A stretch of DNA of 64,000 bases from a virus. Each line of letters opens with the position of its first letter. Within the stretch, counting starts at the first letter, position 1. Below the pieces are notes generated by a model. That model searched no databases, was not told the DNA's origin, and saw nothing but the letters and a program-made list of their open reading frames with translations. Below are positions 16,694 through 26,481 of this stretch, piece by piece. Position numbers and translations under genes: made by a program. Where the stretch lies: IMG/VR virus record IMGVR_UViG_3300036845_000721, positions 32,001 to 96,000 of that record; one strand, written 5' to 3'.

Positions 16694-18672
16694 GAGCCCG
16701 CCGAGACCGGGTGCCTAGCGTCGCTGAACGCCCCGATCTGCTGGCTGGAGGCGGCGGCGGTGAACTTGTTCACGGTCAGGGTCACCGGGTCGCCGGGCTG
16801 GGCCAGCACGATCGCCGGGCCGAGCTGGCTGGTGCCGGTGTAGACCACGGCGTAATCCGGCTTGCCGCCGGGGCCGCACAGCGTGAGATAGTAGGTTTCG
16901 TTGCCGCCGGAGGTGTCGGACGCCTTTCCGCAGACGGTCCCGGTGCGGGTGACGGTGGACACGCCCGCCCCCGGCTGCGTGCCGGCGCTGCTGCCCTGGG
17001 CGAGCTGCTGCTGGTAGTTGGCCAGCGCCGCGTCCCGGCTGTTCCCGGCGGCCACGGCCGACCCGGACACGTTGTAGGCCGACACGAAGCCGACCGCGGT
17101 GAACGTGGGGTTGGCTACCGGCGGCTCGCCGGTCCCGCACGGGTCGCCCTGGTCGCCCTCCTGCTGCGCCGGGGCGCTGCCCGACGTCGTACCGGTGCCT
17201 GGCTCGTAACTGACCATCCAGGTCAGCTGGCCGTAGATCTCGTGCAGGGTCATGGCCTCGGGGACCAGGTGGCTGGACCTGACGTTGACCGCCCCGGAGC
17301 CCTGGCCGTTCGCGCCGACGCCCTGCGCGTTGCAGAACGCGCTGCCGACCGAGGTCTCGGTGGCCATCGGGCCGGCCGGGGTGTAGACCTGGATCGACCC
17401 GGTTGCCGAGTTCATCTCCAGGATCCGGTAGGTGGACACGTCGCTGCCGTGGCTGGTCAGCAGCATCCGCCAGGACGGGTTCTCGGCTCCCGTGTAGACC
17501 AGCACCGGGTCGCCGGAGACCGTGAACCGGTTGGTGTAGCCGGTGCCGCCCCACGCGCGGCGGGAGTTCTCGCCGTACCAGTCCCCGATGGTCGCGGCCA
17601 TTGACTGGCTGTAGACCCGGTCCACCCAGACCGGGAGGGGCGGGTAGCCGCCGCCGGCCGCGGCGGTCCGGCCGGGCAGCGCGTAGCGGGTGACCTGCCC
17701 GGTGTGCGCGTTGATCAGCAGCACGCCGACCGGCGCGAAGAACGTCCAGCCGACCTGCGGCCGGAGCAGCGTGACGGAGTAGTACGGGACCGGGTCGCAC
17801 AGCTGCGCCGTGCCGTCGGGGCCGCACCCGTCCGGGATCTCCAGCGTCGGGTTGTCCAGCAGGTAGCCGGAATACCCGTGGGTGCGCGCCCACCGGTCCG
17901 GTTCCGAGCCCTGGCCGCCGCCGAGGATGACGGTCATCGACGCGTTCGGGTACTGCGGCGCGTACCGCTCGATCACGGTGCCCGGCCCGCCCGGGTTCTC
18001 GCCGGAGACCATGATGTAGCCGGGGCTCTTGCCGTGCAGCTTGCCCTCCAGCGGGAAGGCGTACCACATGTGGCCGTTGACCCGCTGCAGCGTGGCCGGG
18101 CCGAGGTGCAGGTAGCTGGCGAAGCCCAGGGTTCCCGCGAGCCCGGAGCTCATCGCCTGCGACGCCCGGGTGTACGCCTCGTCCGGGGTGACGACCACCA
18201 GGTTGGTGGTGACGGACGCCGGCAGCGTGCCGGGCGGGTTCTCATTGACGCGCACGATGCCGTACGCCTCCACCGGGCAGTGCTGCCCGTTGGAGCCGAT
18301 CCCGGAGTTCGCCGACGGGCACGCCACCAGGCCGTGGCCGGAGCCGTGCCCGTTGATCCAGACGCCGCCGGCCACGAGCAGCACGATGAGCGGGACGACC
18401 GTGCCGGCGCTCACCGACTGCGCCGCCCCGTCCGCGATCCAGCAGACGAGCATGACGGTCGCGATGTTGAGCAGGACCAGCGGCAGCAGGCCGCTGAAGG
18501 TCATCATCGGCCGGGTGTGCACTGCCCAGTCCTCCATGAGGACGAGGAAGAACGTGAGGATGAAGGCAACGGCGGCTGCCGCGCCCCAGTTCTTGCCGCG
18601 GATCACGGCGAGTACCGCCGCGATCGCCGCGAATATCAGGCTGAAGATCAGCCCGATCCCGATTCCCATCAC
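16690..18672 (-). CDS. large membrane-anchored protein with extracytoplasmic domain, unknown function
   Basis: Four N-terminal hydrophobic helices, then a long soluble region (WYAFPLE, PYYSVT, WVDRVY); header at 18674. Confidence 0.8.
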   Translation of the reverse strand: MMGIGIGLIFSLIFAAIAAVLAVIRGKNWGAAAAVAFILTFFLVLMEDWAVHTRPMMTFSGLLPLVLLNIATVMLVCWIADGAAQSVSAGTVVPLIVLLVAGGVWINGHGSGHGLVACPSANSGIGSNGQHCPVEAYGIVRVNENPPGTLPASVTTNLVVVTPDEAYTRASQAMSSGLAGTLGFASYLHLGPATLQRVNGHMWYAFPLEGKLHGKSPGYIMVSGENPGGPGTVIERYAPQYPNASMTVILGGGQGSEPDRWARTHGYSGYLLDNPTLEIPDGCGPDGTAQLCDPVPYYSVTLLRPQVGWTFFAPVGVLLINAHTGQVTRYALPGRTAAAGGGYPPLPVWVDRVYSQSMAATIGDWYGENSRRAWGGTGYTNRFTVSGDPVLVYTGAENPSWRMLLTSHGSDVSTYRILEMNSATGSIQVYTPAGPMATETSVGSAFCNAQGVGANGQGSGAVNVRSSHLVPEAMTLHEIYGQLTWMVSYEPGTGTTSGSAPAQQEGDQGDPCGTGEPPVANPTFTAVGFVSAYNVSGSAVAAGNSRDAALANYQQQLAQGSSAGTQPGAGVSTVTRTGTVCGKASDTSGGNETYYLTLCGPGGKPDYAVVYTGTSQLGPAIVLAQPGDPVTLTVNKFTAAASSQQIGAFSDARHPVSAGS

Positions 18673-18687
18673 TTGTCTCCTGTTCCT

Positions 18688-19548
18688 TCAGACGCGGTGC
18701 CGGACGGCGACCGCGTGGTCTTCGGGCATGGCGAGAATGTCGCCGGCCTGGTCTATTTCCAGTACCGTGCCCGGGTCGGAAGCCTCGGTGAACGGCTGGG
18801 CGACGCCGACCGTCCAGCTGATCCCGTTCCCGTCGGTGAACGTGACCCGCCCGCCCGCGACCCGGACCGGGAGCACGACGTGACCGCCCGGGTCCAGGCT
18901 CCAGGCCGGGTCGCTCGCCGGAACGGTCCAGGGCGACGGGTAGTACAGGCCGTTGCTGTTCAGCAGCACCAGCGCGCGGGGCGAGCCGGCGGACGGCTGC
19001 GCGACGGCGGGAATCCCCCAGTCGTGCTCGAACTGCTGCAGGACGGTGTCCGCGGCCGGCGGGGCCTGCTGCGGCGCGAACGCGGTCGGCAGCGGCTGGC
19101 TGGCAGCCGGTGACGCTGCCGGACCGCTGCTTTCGGAAAGGACGTGCCAGACGCCTGCTGTAATGAGCCCGATGGCAAAGGCCAGGGCTGCAAGTACGAT
19201 CAGCGCTCTGCGTGGCAGCAGCGGCTCGCGGGGCCGGGTCCGGGGCGCCGGCCGCGGGGTGCGCGGCTGGGGTTCAGCTGTCTGGGTGATGATCGCGTCC
19301 AGCTCGGCGGCCTGCGCCCGGGTCAGCGGCGGGTTCATCTCCCGGTACCCGACCAGCCAGGTGCGGGCGCGGGTCTCCAGCAGGGCGCGCTGCTGCGGCA
19401 CCTGGGCCGCCTGCGCCAGCAGGCCCTCCAGGGTTGTCTCCTCGGCATCCGGCATGAAGACGGCGATCCCGGCGGTGCCGCCGGGCGCCTGCTGCCAGAC
19501 CTGCACCTTGCGCAGGAAGTCCAGCGCCGGGGTGGGATAACTGTTCAC
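18688..19548 (-). CDS. single-pass membrane protein
   Basis: Central ALIVLAALAFAIGLITAGVWHVL helix. Confidence 0.65.
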   Translation of the reverse strand: MNSYPTPALDFLRKVQVWQQAPGGTAGIAVFMPDAEETTLEGLLAQAAQVPQQRALLETRARTWLVGYREMNPPLTRAQAAELDAIITQTAEPQPRTPRPAPRTRPREPLLPRRALIVLAALAFAIGLITAGVWHVLSESSGPAASPAASQPLPTAFAPQQAPPAADTVLQQFEHDWGIPAVAQPSAGSPRALVLLNSNGLYYPSPWTVPASDPAWSLDPGGHVVLPVRVAGGRVTFTDGNGISWTVGVAQPFTEASDPGTVLEIDQAGDILAMPEDHAVAVRHRV

Positions 19549-19925
19549 GGTTTCCTCCCGGATTTCTCGATCATCTTGGCTACGGGCGGGGTCAGGTAGC
19601 CGGTCAGGATGACGTACGAGCCCTCGTCGCTGTTGCCGCCTGCCTCGTCCCAGAAGACCTGGTACCCGCGGTGTTTCGCATCCAGGAACGCGCGGCATAG
19701 CATTACCGCGGCCCAGTCGCTCCCGGTCCAGTAGGCGACCGCCCAGTCTTTCTGCGGTTCACCTTCGCTGCCGTTCACGGGCTGGAACCGGCCCGCCTGG
19801 ACCTGGGCGGACCATGCAGTGTCCTCATGAGCCGGCACGGCTGCTGCCCAGTAGGCTGCCCACGCCATGCTGCCCTGGATCAGCTCCTCGAAGTCGGCGT
19901 CGTCCATGCGGATCGTGATATTCAT
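19545..19925 (-). CDS. hypothetical protein
   Basis: GAGGAGG RBS; Trp-rich ORF. Confidence 0.6.
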   Translation of the reverse strand: MNITIRMDDADFEELIQGSMAWAAYWAAAVPAHEDTAWSAQVQAGRFQPVNGSEGEPQKDWAVAYWTGSDWAAVMLCRAFLDAKHRGYQVFWDEAGGNSDEGSYVILTGYLTPPVAKMIEKSGRKP

Positions 19926-20226
19926 GTGTTTCCTCCTCACGTGACCGGGCCGATGTCCTGGCCGCTCCGGTACCAGCGGAAGGTCCGCGACGGGGTGCCG
20001 GGCCGCAGCCGGGTGACGTGCTGCGGCGGCCCGGAAACCGACAGGAACTTCGCCCGGATCATAGCCAGCTCGCAGCCGGGCAGGTCCGGGCCGTAGTACT
20101 CCGGGCCGGTTTCGCCCGGCTCGATCCGGTAGCAGTCCTCCGGGACGGCCGGCGCGCCCGCCCCGGGCGGCTGCTCGGGCACCCGGCTGCGCTTCAGCTC
20201 CGCGACCTCGGCGGTGGTCGTTGCCG

Positions 20227-20760
20227 TCATAGCGCCCTCTTGGTGGCGAGGGAGCGTGCCGCCGTGGTCAGGGTCCAGCGGACCGGGTCCGGCGGCTCGG
20301 CCGTGTCCCGGACGTAGCCGTCGATTCGCAGCGCCTCCAGTTCCCGGCTGACGCGTGCCCGGCTCGTGCCCTGGAGTCCGTCCGCCCGGTTCACCCGGAG
20401 GGCCAGGTCGGACAGGAGCAGCCCGTCCGGGGCGCTGGTTTCCAGCAGCGCCGCCAGGATTACCCGGCGGAACGGGCTGGCCGGCACGGGCTCCGGGACT
20501 GCGGTTAGCCGCAGCCGGTAGGTGTCCGCGATATGCCGCGTGGCGCGCTCGTGGCGGCTGACCTCCGCCTGGAGGTTGGCGGCGTGCTCGCGCAGCTCCT
20601 GGTTCTCCAGCCGCAGCCGCTCGTCCTCGGCGTCGGACTGGATCGTCTCGCAGGTGACTGTTCCCTGGCCCGCCTGCGCGGCGGTTTCAGTTACGTAGTT
20701 CTCGTAGTCGGCGCGGGTGCCGCTGTTGGCGCGGCGCCATTCCCCGAAGGTCATCGTCAT
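20227..20760 (-). CDS. coiled-coil plus C-terminal winged-helix protein
   Basis: LRLENQELREH coil; ILAALL...LSDLA...RARVSRELEALRIDGYV. Confidence 0.6.
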   Translation of the reverse strand: MTMTFGEWRRANSGTRADYENYVTETAAQAGQGTVTCETIQSDAEDERLRLENQELREHAANLQAEVSRHERATRHIADTYRLRLTAVPEPVPASPFRRVILAALLETSAPDGLLLSDLALRVNRADGLQGTSRARVSRELEALRIDGYVRDTAEPPDPVRWTLTTAARSLATKRAL

Positions 20761-20770
20761 CCGCTGTCTC

Positions 20771-21529
20771 CTATCCGGTGGTCGTGGTGGTGGTCGTGAC
20801 GGCGCCGGTCTTGCTGACCGACGTCTTGTGCGTGACCGTGGTCGTGGCGGTGCCGCACTTGGTTGCCGTCTTGACGGACCGGCTGTGCGCGCCCGTGCTG
20901 GATGCCGAGTTCGTGACCGTGGTCTTGGCGGTGCACGCGCCTGCTCCGCCGATGCTGCCGGACCAGCGGTGCAGCGCGGGCGCCGCTGCCGAGACCGGCC
21001 AGGGCGGCGCGGGCACCGGGCTGAGCCCGTTGTAGGCGGCCAGCGCGTTCAGGCTGTCACGGAGCTGCCCGTAGGCGGCCCGCCAGCCGCCGGTCAGGCC
21101 GCCGGCGTAGGCGGTCAGGTAGCCCTGCGTGTCGTAGGCGAACCGGGCGGTGTCTTTCCCGTTGCCGGCGTCCTTGGCGAGCACCTGCAGGGCGTAGCCG
21201 TACCCGTCCGCGACCCACGCCTCGCGGTGGTCCCGGTCCGCCTGCCGCTGGTCGGCCAGCACCTGGGCCAGGTCACCGGCGATGTTCGCCGGCGCCCCGA
21301 TCCCGGCGACGGCTGTCTGCTGGACCGGGTGCGGCCGGTGGTAGCCCGACGCTGCCCAGCCGCCTGCTGCTGCCAGCATGGCGATCACGACCAGGCCCGG
21401 CAGCCATGGCACCAGCAGCACCCGCGCCGTCCCGCGCCTGATCGCCTGGCCCCGGTGCGGGCGCGGGCGCGGCGGCTTTCCGGGGTCCGGAGCCGGGCGG
21501 CGGCCGGTGCGGGAGTAGTCCTTTTTCAC
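20771..21529 (-). CDS. membrane-anchored/exported protein with Thr-rich C-terminus
   Basis: LLVPWLPGLVVIAMLAAAGGW helix; TTTVTHKT..TTTTTTTG tail. Confidence 0.6.
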   Translation of the reverse strand: MKKDYSRTGRRPAPDPGKPPRPRPHRGQAIRRGTARVLLVPWLPGLVVIAMLAAAGGWAASGYHRPHPVQQTAVAGIGAPANIAGDLAQVLADQRQADRDHREAWVADGYGYALQVLAKDAGNGKDTARFAYDTQGYLTAYAGGLTGGWRAAYGQLRDSLNALAAYNGLSPVPAPPWPVSAAAPALHRWSGSIGGAGACTAKTTVTNSASSTGAHSRSVKTATKCGTATTTVTHKTSVSKTGAVTTTTTTTG

Positions 21530-21927
21530 GCGGTCTTCCCTTCGGCGGTGAGCTGGTAGGACCGGGGGCCGCCCTGGGTACGGCCGCCGGGCTTCCGGAC
21601 CATCTGCCGGCCCGGCTTGACCAGTCCCAGGGCGGCCAGGCGGGAGCCGGTGCGGTGCAGGCTGAACGTGGCGCTGCGCACCGGCACGCCGGCCCAGCGG
21701 CCCGGGTGCGCGGCGATCAGCTGCGCCGGGGTGGCCTTGCCGCCCGGAGCTGCCTGGAGCGCGTCCAGCATCCATCTCTGGCCCGGCGTCAGCCGTGCCC
21801 CGGTTCCCCCCCGAACGCCAGTTCCCCCCTGGATGCCGATTCCCCCCTGGGCGCCGGAAACCCCGGCTCCGGCGCCGAGCAGGGCGGCCAGCTCCGCGGA
21901 TTGCGCGCGGGCCAGTTCGGTGTCCAT
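21526..21927 (-). CDS. winged-helix (MarR-like) protein
   Basis: LTPGQRWMLDAL...RLAALGLV...YQLTAEG. Confidence 0.55.
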   Translation of the reverse strand: MDTELARAQSAELAALLGAGAGVSGAQGGIGIQGGTGVRGGTGARLTPGQRWMLDALQAAPGGKATPAQLIAAHPGRWAGVPVRSATFSLHRTGSRLAALGLVKPGRQMVRKPGGRTQGGPRSYQLTAEGKTA

Positions 21928-22670
21928 CAGACCGGGCTCTCGTCTACGATGCCGGTCTCGTCGGCGACGTCGCTGCGCCACTGGTCCACCTGGTCCTCGG
22001 TCGGCTCATCCGGCGTGTACGTGCCGTTGCCGCCGCAGCAGTCACAGTCCGCGTCGCCTTCGCCCTCGCACTCGCCGCAGTCGGTTTCCTCGGGCTCGGG
22101 GAAGTCCGGCACGCTCGTGTCGCGGATTTCGCCGGCCCAGGACCGCAGCTGCTCGGCGGTGTCCCGCAGCTCGTCGGACTGGCTGGTGGCGTGCTGGAAA
22201 CCGGATTCCAGGCTGTCCGCGGACTCGTCCTTCGCGTCCGCGATCGACTCGATCTCGTCGGCCGCCTCCGCCAGCGCGGACTCCACGTCATCGACGGACT
22301 CGGCGCCGGCGATCGAGTTCTGGAAGTTATGGCTGACCCGGGCCAGCTGGGCGCTCAGCGAGTCGCTGTACTCCCAGACCCGCCAGTCCGGATGGCTCGC
22401 GTGGCGGCGCAGCGTCCGGCTGCTGTACGGCCCGGACCGCGGCGCGATCCACTTGTAGGCCGTGCCCGGCATGATGGGCTCGCCGCAGAGGTCGCAGGTG
22501 TACGGCTTCAGCGGCTGGCTCAGGTCCCGCTGGGTGCGCCGCACGACAACACCCCGGCCGCCCTTGGCCGTCCGGCTGACCGGGACGATCACCTGATTGC
22601 CGGCTGGATCGGTGACCGGCGCCCGGGCGTAGCGCTGCTGCGCGCTCTGCACGCGGTGGATTCTCGGCAT
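21927..22670 (-). CDS. hypothetical phage protein with CxxC motifs and acidic coiled region
   Basis: TCDLCGEPI, CGECEGEG..CDCCGG; RBS at 22674. Confidence 0.7.
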   Translation of the reverse strand: MPRIHRVQSAQQRYARAPVTDPAGNQVIVPVSRTAKGGRGVVVRRTQRDLSQPLKPYTCDLCGEPIMPGTAYKWIAPRSGPYSSRTLRRHASHPDWRVWEYSDSLSAQLARVSHNFQNSIAGAESVDDVESALAEAADEIESIADAKDESADSLESGFQHATSQSDELRDTAEQLRSWAGEIRDTSVPDFPEPEETDCGECEGEGDADCDCCGGNGTYTPDEPTEDQVDQWRSDVADETGIVDESPV

Positions 22671-22694
22671 TGCAGTCTCCTGTTCTTCCGGGGG

Positions 22695-25600
22695 TTACCC
22701 GTACATGTAGTCGGCCCAGTCGTCGCCCAGCACCGCGCGCAGCCGGTCCGCTTCAGCCTCGGCGATCGCCAGGCGGTCCGGGTCATGGCGGGCGCGGCGC
22801 GGCTCTGGCAGGGAAACACGGCCGGCCGGGTGCAGCCGGCAGCCAGGCCCGCACGGCAGGGTCCGGACGGCGGTGTTGAGCCGGCCGGCCAGCTCCGGGT
22901 AGCGCTTGCGCAGCAGCAGCCGGACGTGCCGGCGATTGGACTGCGCTGCCGCCGCGCTCATGACCCGTCACCCCGCTTGCAGATGTCGCAGACCAGCGGG
23001 CCGGTGAGGACGAACCCCGCCGGGGCGTCCAGTTCCCCGTCCGCGAGCCGGACCATCGAGCCGGTCAGGTGCGGCCGGCAGTCAGTGCGCCCGATGTCGG
23101 TCCACCGGACGCCCCAGGCGTCGGCCGGCAGCCGCCCGGCCAGCACGTCCGCCCGGGTGACGCGGCGCGCGTTCAGCACCGCGAAGACGGAGTAGGCCAT
23201 CCGCTCGGCCCGGCGGAACTCCCGCCGGTCCCGGGGCCGGGTGCCGGTCAGCTCCGGGACGTGCGCGACGTCGTTGAGGTGGTCGGCAATCGCCTGCCAG
23301 AACTCCTGGGCCGGGTCTGCCCGCACCCCGATGGTGTACGCGTGCCGGATGGCCTGCTCGGCGGCCCGGATCAGCTCCGGCCCCTGCAGGTACTCGCGCG
23401 GGTCTTCCCAGTCCGGGTCGCCCGGCTGCGGTGTCAGTTCGGTCATGTCGTGTCTCCTGATCCTGGTCGTTCTCGCGTGATCTCGGCTAGTCCTGGGCTC
23501 AGCGGCCTAGTACCCGGGCGACTAGCGCAGTCCGGGCCGGCAGGTCCAGGTCGTCTTCAGCCAGGGACAGCAGGTCCTCCAGCGTGCTTTCAGCCTGTTC
23601 GCGCAGCGGCGGCGGGATCAGGTGCAGGACCGTCTCCCACAGCTCTTTCTTGGCGTCCGCGACCGCGTCCGGGTGCAGTGCGCAGTCCGGCAGGTGGTCC
23701 GGCGGCCCGCCCGGCGCCGTCGCCTCGCCGCCGCAGAGGCCGCAGGCCCAGGGCATCAGCGAGTCCCGGATCGCCTGCGTCGCCGACCCGTCGCCGATGT
23801 CTGACTCGCCGGGCAGTTCTGCGGCGGTGACGCCGCCGACTACCCACCGGCCCCAGTCGACCTGGCTGCCCGGCTCCTCGTCCAGCGCGGTGTCGACCGC
23901 CTCGCCGACTTCGGCCGCGCTCACCGCGTCGCCGGCCGGCACCCGCACGGTGAGCATCAGCTGGAACTCGCGGAACGCGTCCGGGTTCTCCTCCTCGTCG
24001 TCCGGGTCGTGCTCGTCCCGTAGCAGGTCTCTGTTGAACCGCTCCTCGGCGGGGTCGCGCTCGCCATCGCTGTTCACTGTCCGTCTCCTGTTCTGTCTCT
24101 TGCAGTATACACTACAGGTTGTAATCGGGGGTTAGCGGGTGATGGCGTCCAGGTACGCGCGGGCGGCGTCCCTGATCACCGAGTCGTCGTCTACGCTGGC
24201 GCCGAAGCCGACCGCATCGATAACTTCCAGCGCCGCTTTCAGCTGCGCGGCGGCGGCGGCCTGCCCGTCCGGGTCGTCCAGGCCCTCCTGCGCGCCGACG
24301 ATCACGGACACCAGCCGGACGGCCGGCCAGCCGTGCGACCGGAGCTGGTGCGCCCCGCCGGTCTCTGGGAACGAGATGCGCCGCCCGAGGGTCATGCCGA
24401 ACACGCCGGCTACCGCGTCCCGCCCGCCGTCGAACGGGTGCACGTCGATGCACAGGTGGTTCCCGAGCGCCATCGGGTTGATGACGACAACGCGCCCGGC
24501 TTCGTCCCGGATGATGACGAACGGGCTCGCCTCCCGGCTGCCCGGCTCGCTCGCGGCGATCTCGGTGACCGGGTGCGTGCCGTCCGGGTTGTACCGGGCG
24601 AGGAAGCCGTCCAGGGTGTGCTCTGCCATGATCTGTCTCCTGTTCTGGGGTTTAGTCGTTGTCCGCGAACGGGCCGCGCGCCACCTGGTAACGGCTCTCG
24701 AACTCCTGCTCGGCGCGCCGGTCCAGTTCCTGCTGGATTGCCTGCTCCTCGCGCATGTCCAGTCCGCCGCCTGCCAGGCGGGCCTGCAGCTCGCTGGCGT
24801 CTTCGCCGGCCAGGTCTTCCTCGCCGGTCTCGCCGGTCATGTCACCCGCTCCCAGCCTGCTGCCGCGTAGATGCGCTGCATGATCTCGCGGGCGCCGTCC
24901 CGCTCGAAGTCCACGCCGGACGTCGCGCTGAAGACCCAGTCTTCGACGGCCTCCAGCAGGTCCGCGCGGTCACCCGGCGGCAGCGTCTCGAACGCCGCCA
25001 GCATCCGGCTGCGGCGCCGGGCTGACGCCCCCAGGTTGTCCGGGTTCATCACCAGGCAGGACAGCCGGCCGGCGTCCTTCGCCGGGGGCATGTCCGGGTA
25101 CATCATGGTCATGATCTGCCTCCTGAACTTTCCGGCCGACCGGAAATTCCCTCCCGGCCGCGCTGGCTTACTTCCCCGTGGGTGACCGGCTGCTGGCCGG
25201 TGAACCAGCCGAGCGGGCATGGCCGCACCAGCGGGCGCCGTCCGTCCCGCAGCACGATCACGTACGGTCCCTCGTGGGCGTGGCTGCACCGGTAGCGGTG
25301 ATGCTCTCGCGCGTGCCAGCCCGCCAGGAACTCGTTCGACCGGGGGATGCCCTGGATCAGCGCCGCATCTGCGTGCAGTTCACGGACGTGGGCGCGCAGC
25401 TCACTCAGGTCCAGCGCCCACCGGTCGATCAGCCACGGGTCACCGGGGGTGCCGGCGCCGGCCAGCAGCGGCTTCACCGTGTTCCGGCCGGCCAGCTCGG
25501 TCCCGCTGCCCTTGACCTGGATGTTCATGTCCCAGTCCACGGCGACCAGCCCGGCCGCCTCCAGGCCCTCGATCTGGCCGCGCGTCCGGTCGTTCAGCAC

Positions 25601-26481
25601 CAGCCCGCCAGTTATCAGCAGCCGGTTCAGCAGCCGCAGCTGGCCGGGCGTCAGCTCAGGCATCGCTCGCCGCCTGCCTGCGGATGTCAGCCGCGTTCTT
25701 CGGGGTGCGCTGGACGATGCGCAGCCTGTACCCATACGGCGGGGTTTCCAGCTCGCGCTTGAGCGCCGCGTACTCCGCTTCCGTGGCCGGTCGCGTGCGG
25801 CTGACCACGCTGGTCGGGCTCGCCGCGCCGTGCTGGCCGACGTGCTCGTACGATTCGCACATCAGGCCGGTGTGGTCGGCGGGCTCGCACGGGAACAGCG
25901 CGATCACGCCGTCTCCGATCATTGACGTGTCCCGCCACTTGCGGAACATCACGACGGTAATCTCGTCGTCTGCCATGTCATGCCTCCTGATCGTTGTCGT
26001 GGCGGCCTTGGCCGCAGGTGGCGCACGGCCCGGCCGGCGGGATCGCGTGCGTGACGCCGGCCGGGCTGGTCCATTCGCGCCAGCCGGGCGGCAGCGCGGT
26101 GACGAAGACCGTCCCGCAGCCGCCGCACCGGATCTCCTGGCCCGGCTCCGGGTACGGCAGCTCCTCGCAGCACTCGAACACCAGGGACGGCTCGCCTGCG
26201 GGTTCCCCTTCGGTACCGGGCGGGAGCACTAGCACGGGCTCGCCGCTGGCGGTATCGATCTCGATGTCCGGGCCGCCGTCCACGTACGCGACCTGCACGC
26301 TATCGGGCAGGCCGCCGGTCTCGAAAGCAGCCCACTCGCCGGAGTAGCTGCCCGTCCCGCCGCAGGCGGCCTCGTGCACACGGTGCGCGGTGCGCAGCCA
26401 TTCCTCACGGGTCGCCGGCCTGATGGCCTTGCCGGTGTCGTAGTCGCACAGCGTGCCCCAGTCCTGAACCGGCTCGCTCAC
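22695..26481 (-). other. run of short hypothetical genes: 22695-22961, 22958-23446, 23499-24077, 24132-24629, 24652-24840, 24837-25112, 25109-25663, 25656-25976, 25978-26481
   Basis: Contiguous or overlap-coupled minus-strand ORFs; most have CAGGAG(A/G)CA headers. Confidence 0.65.
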
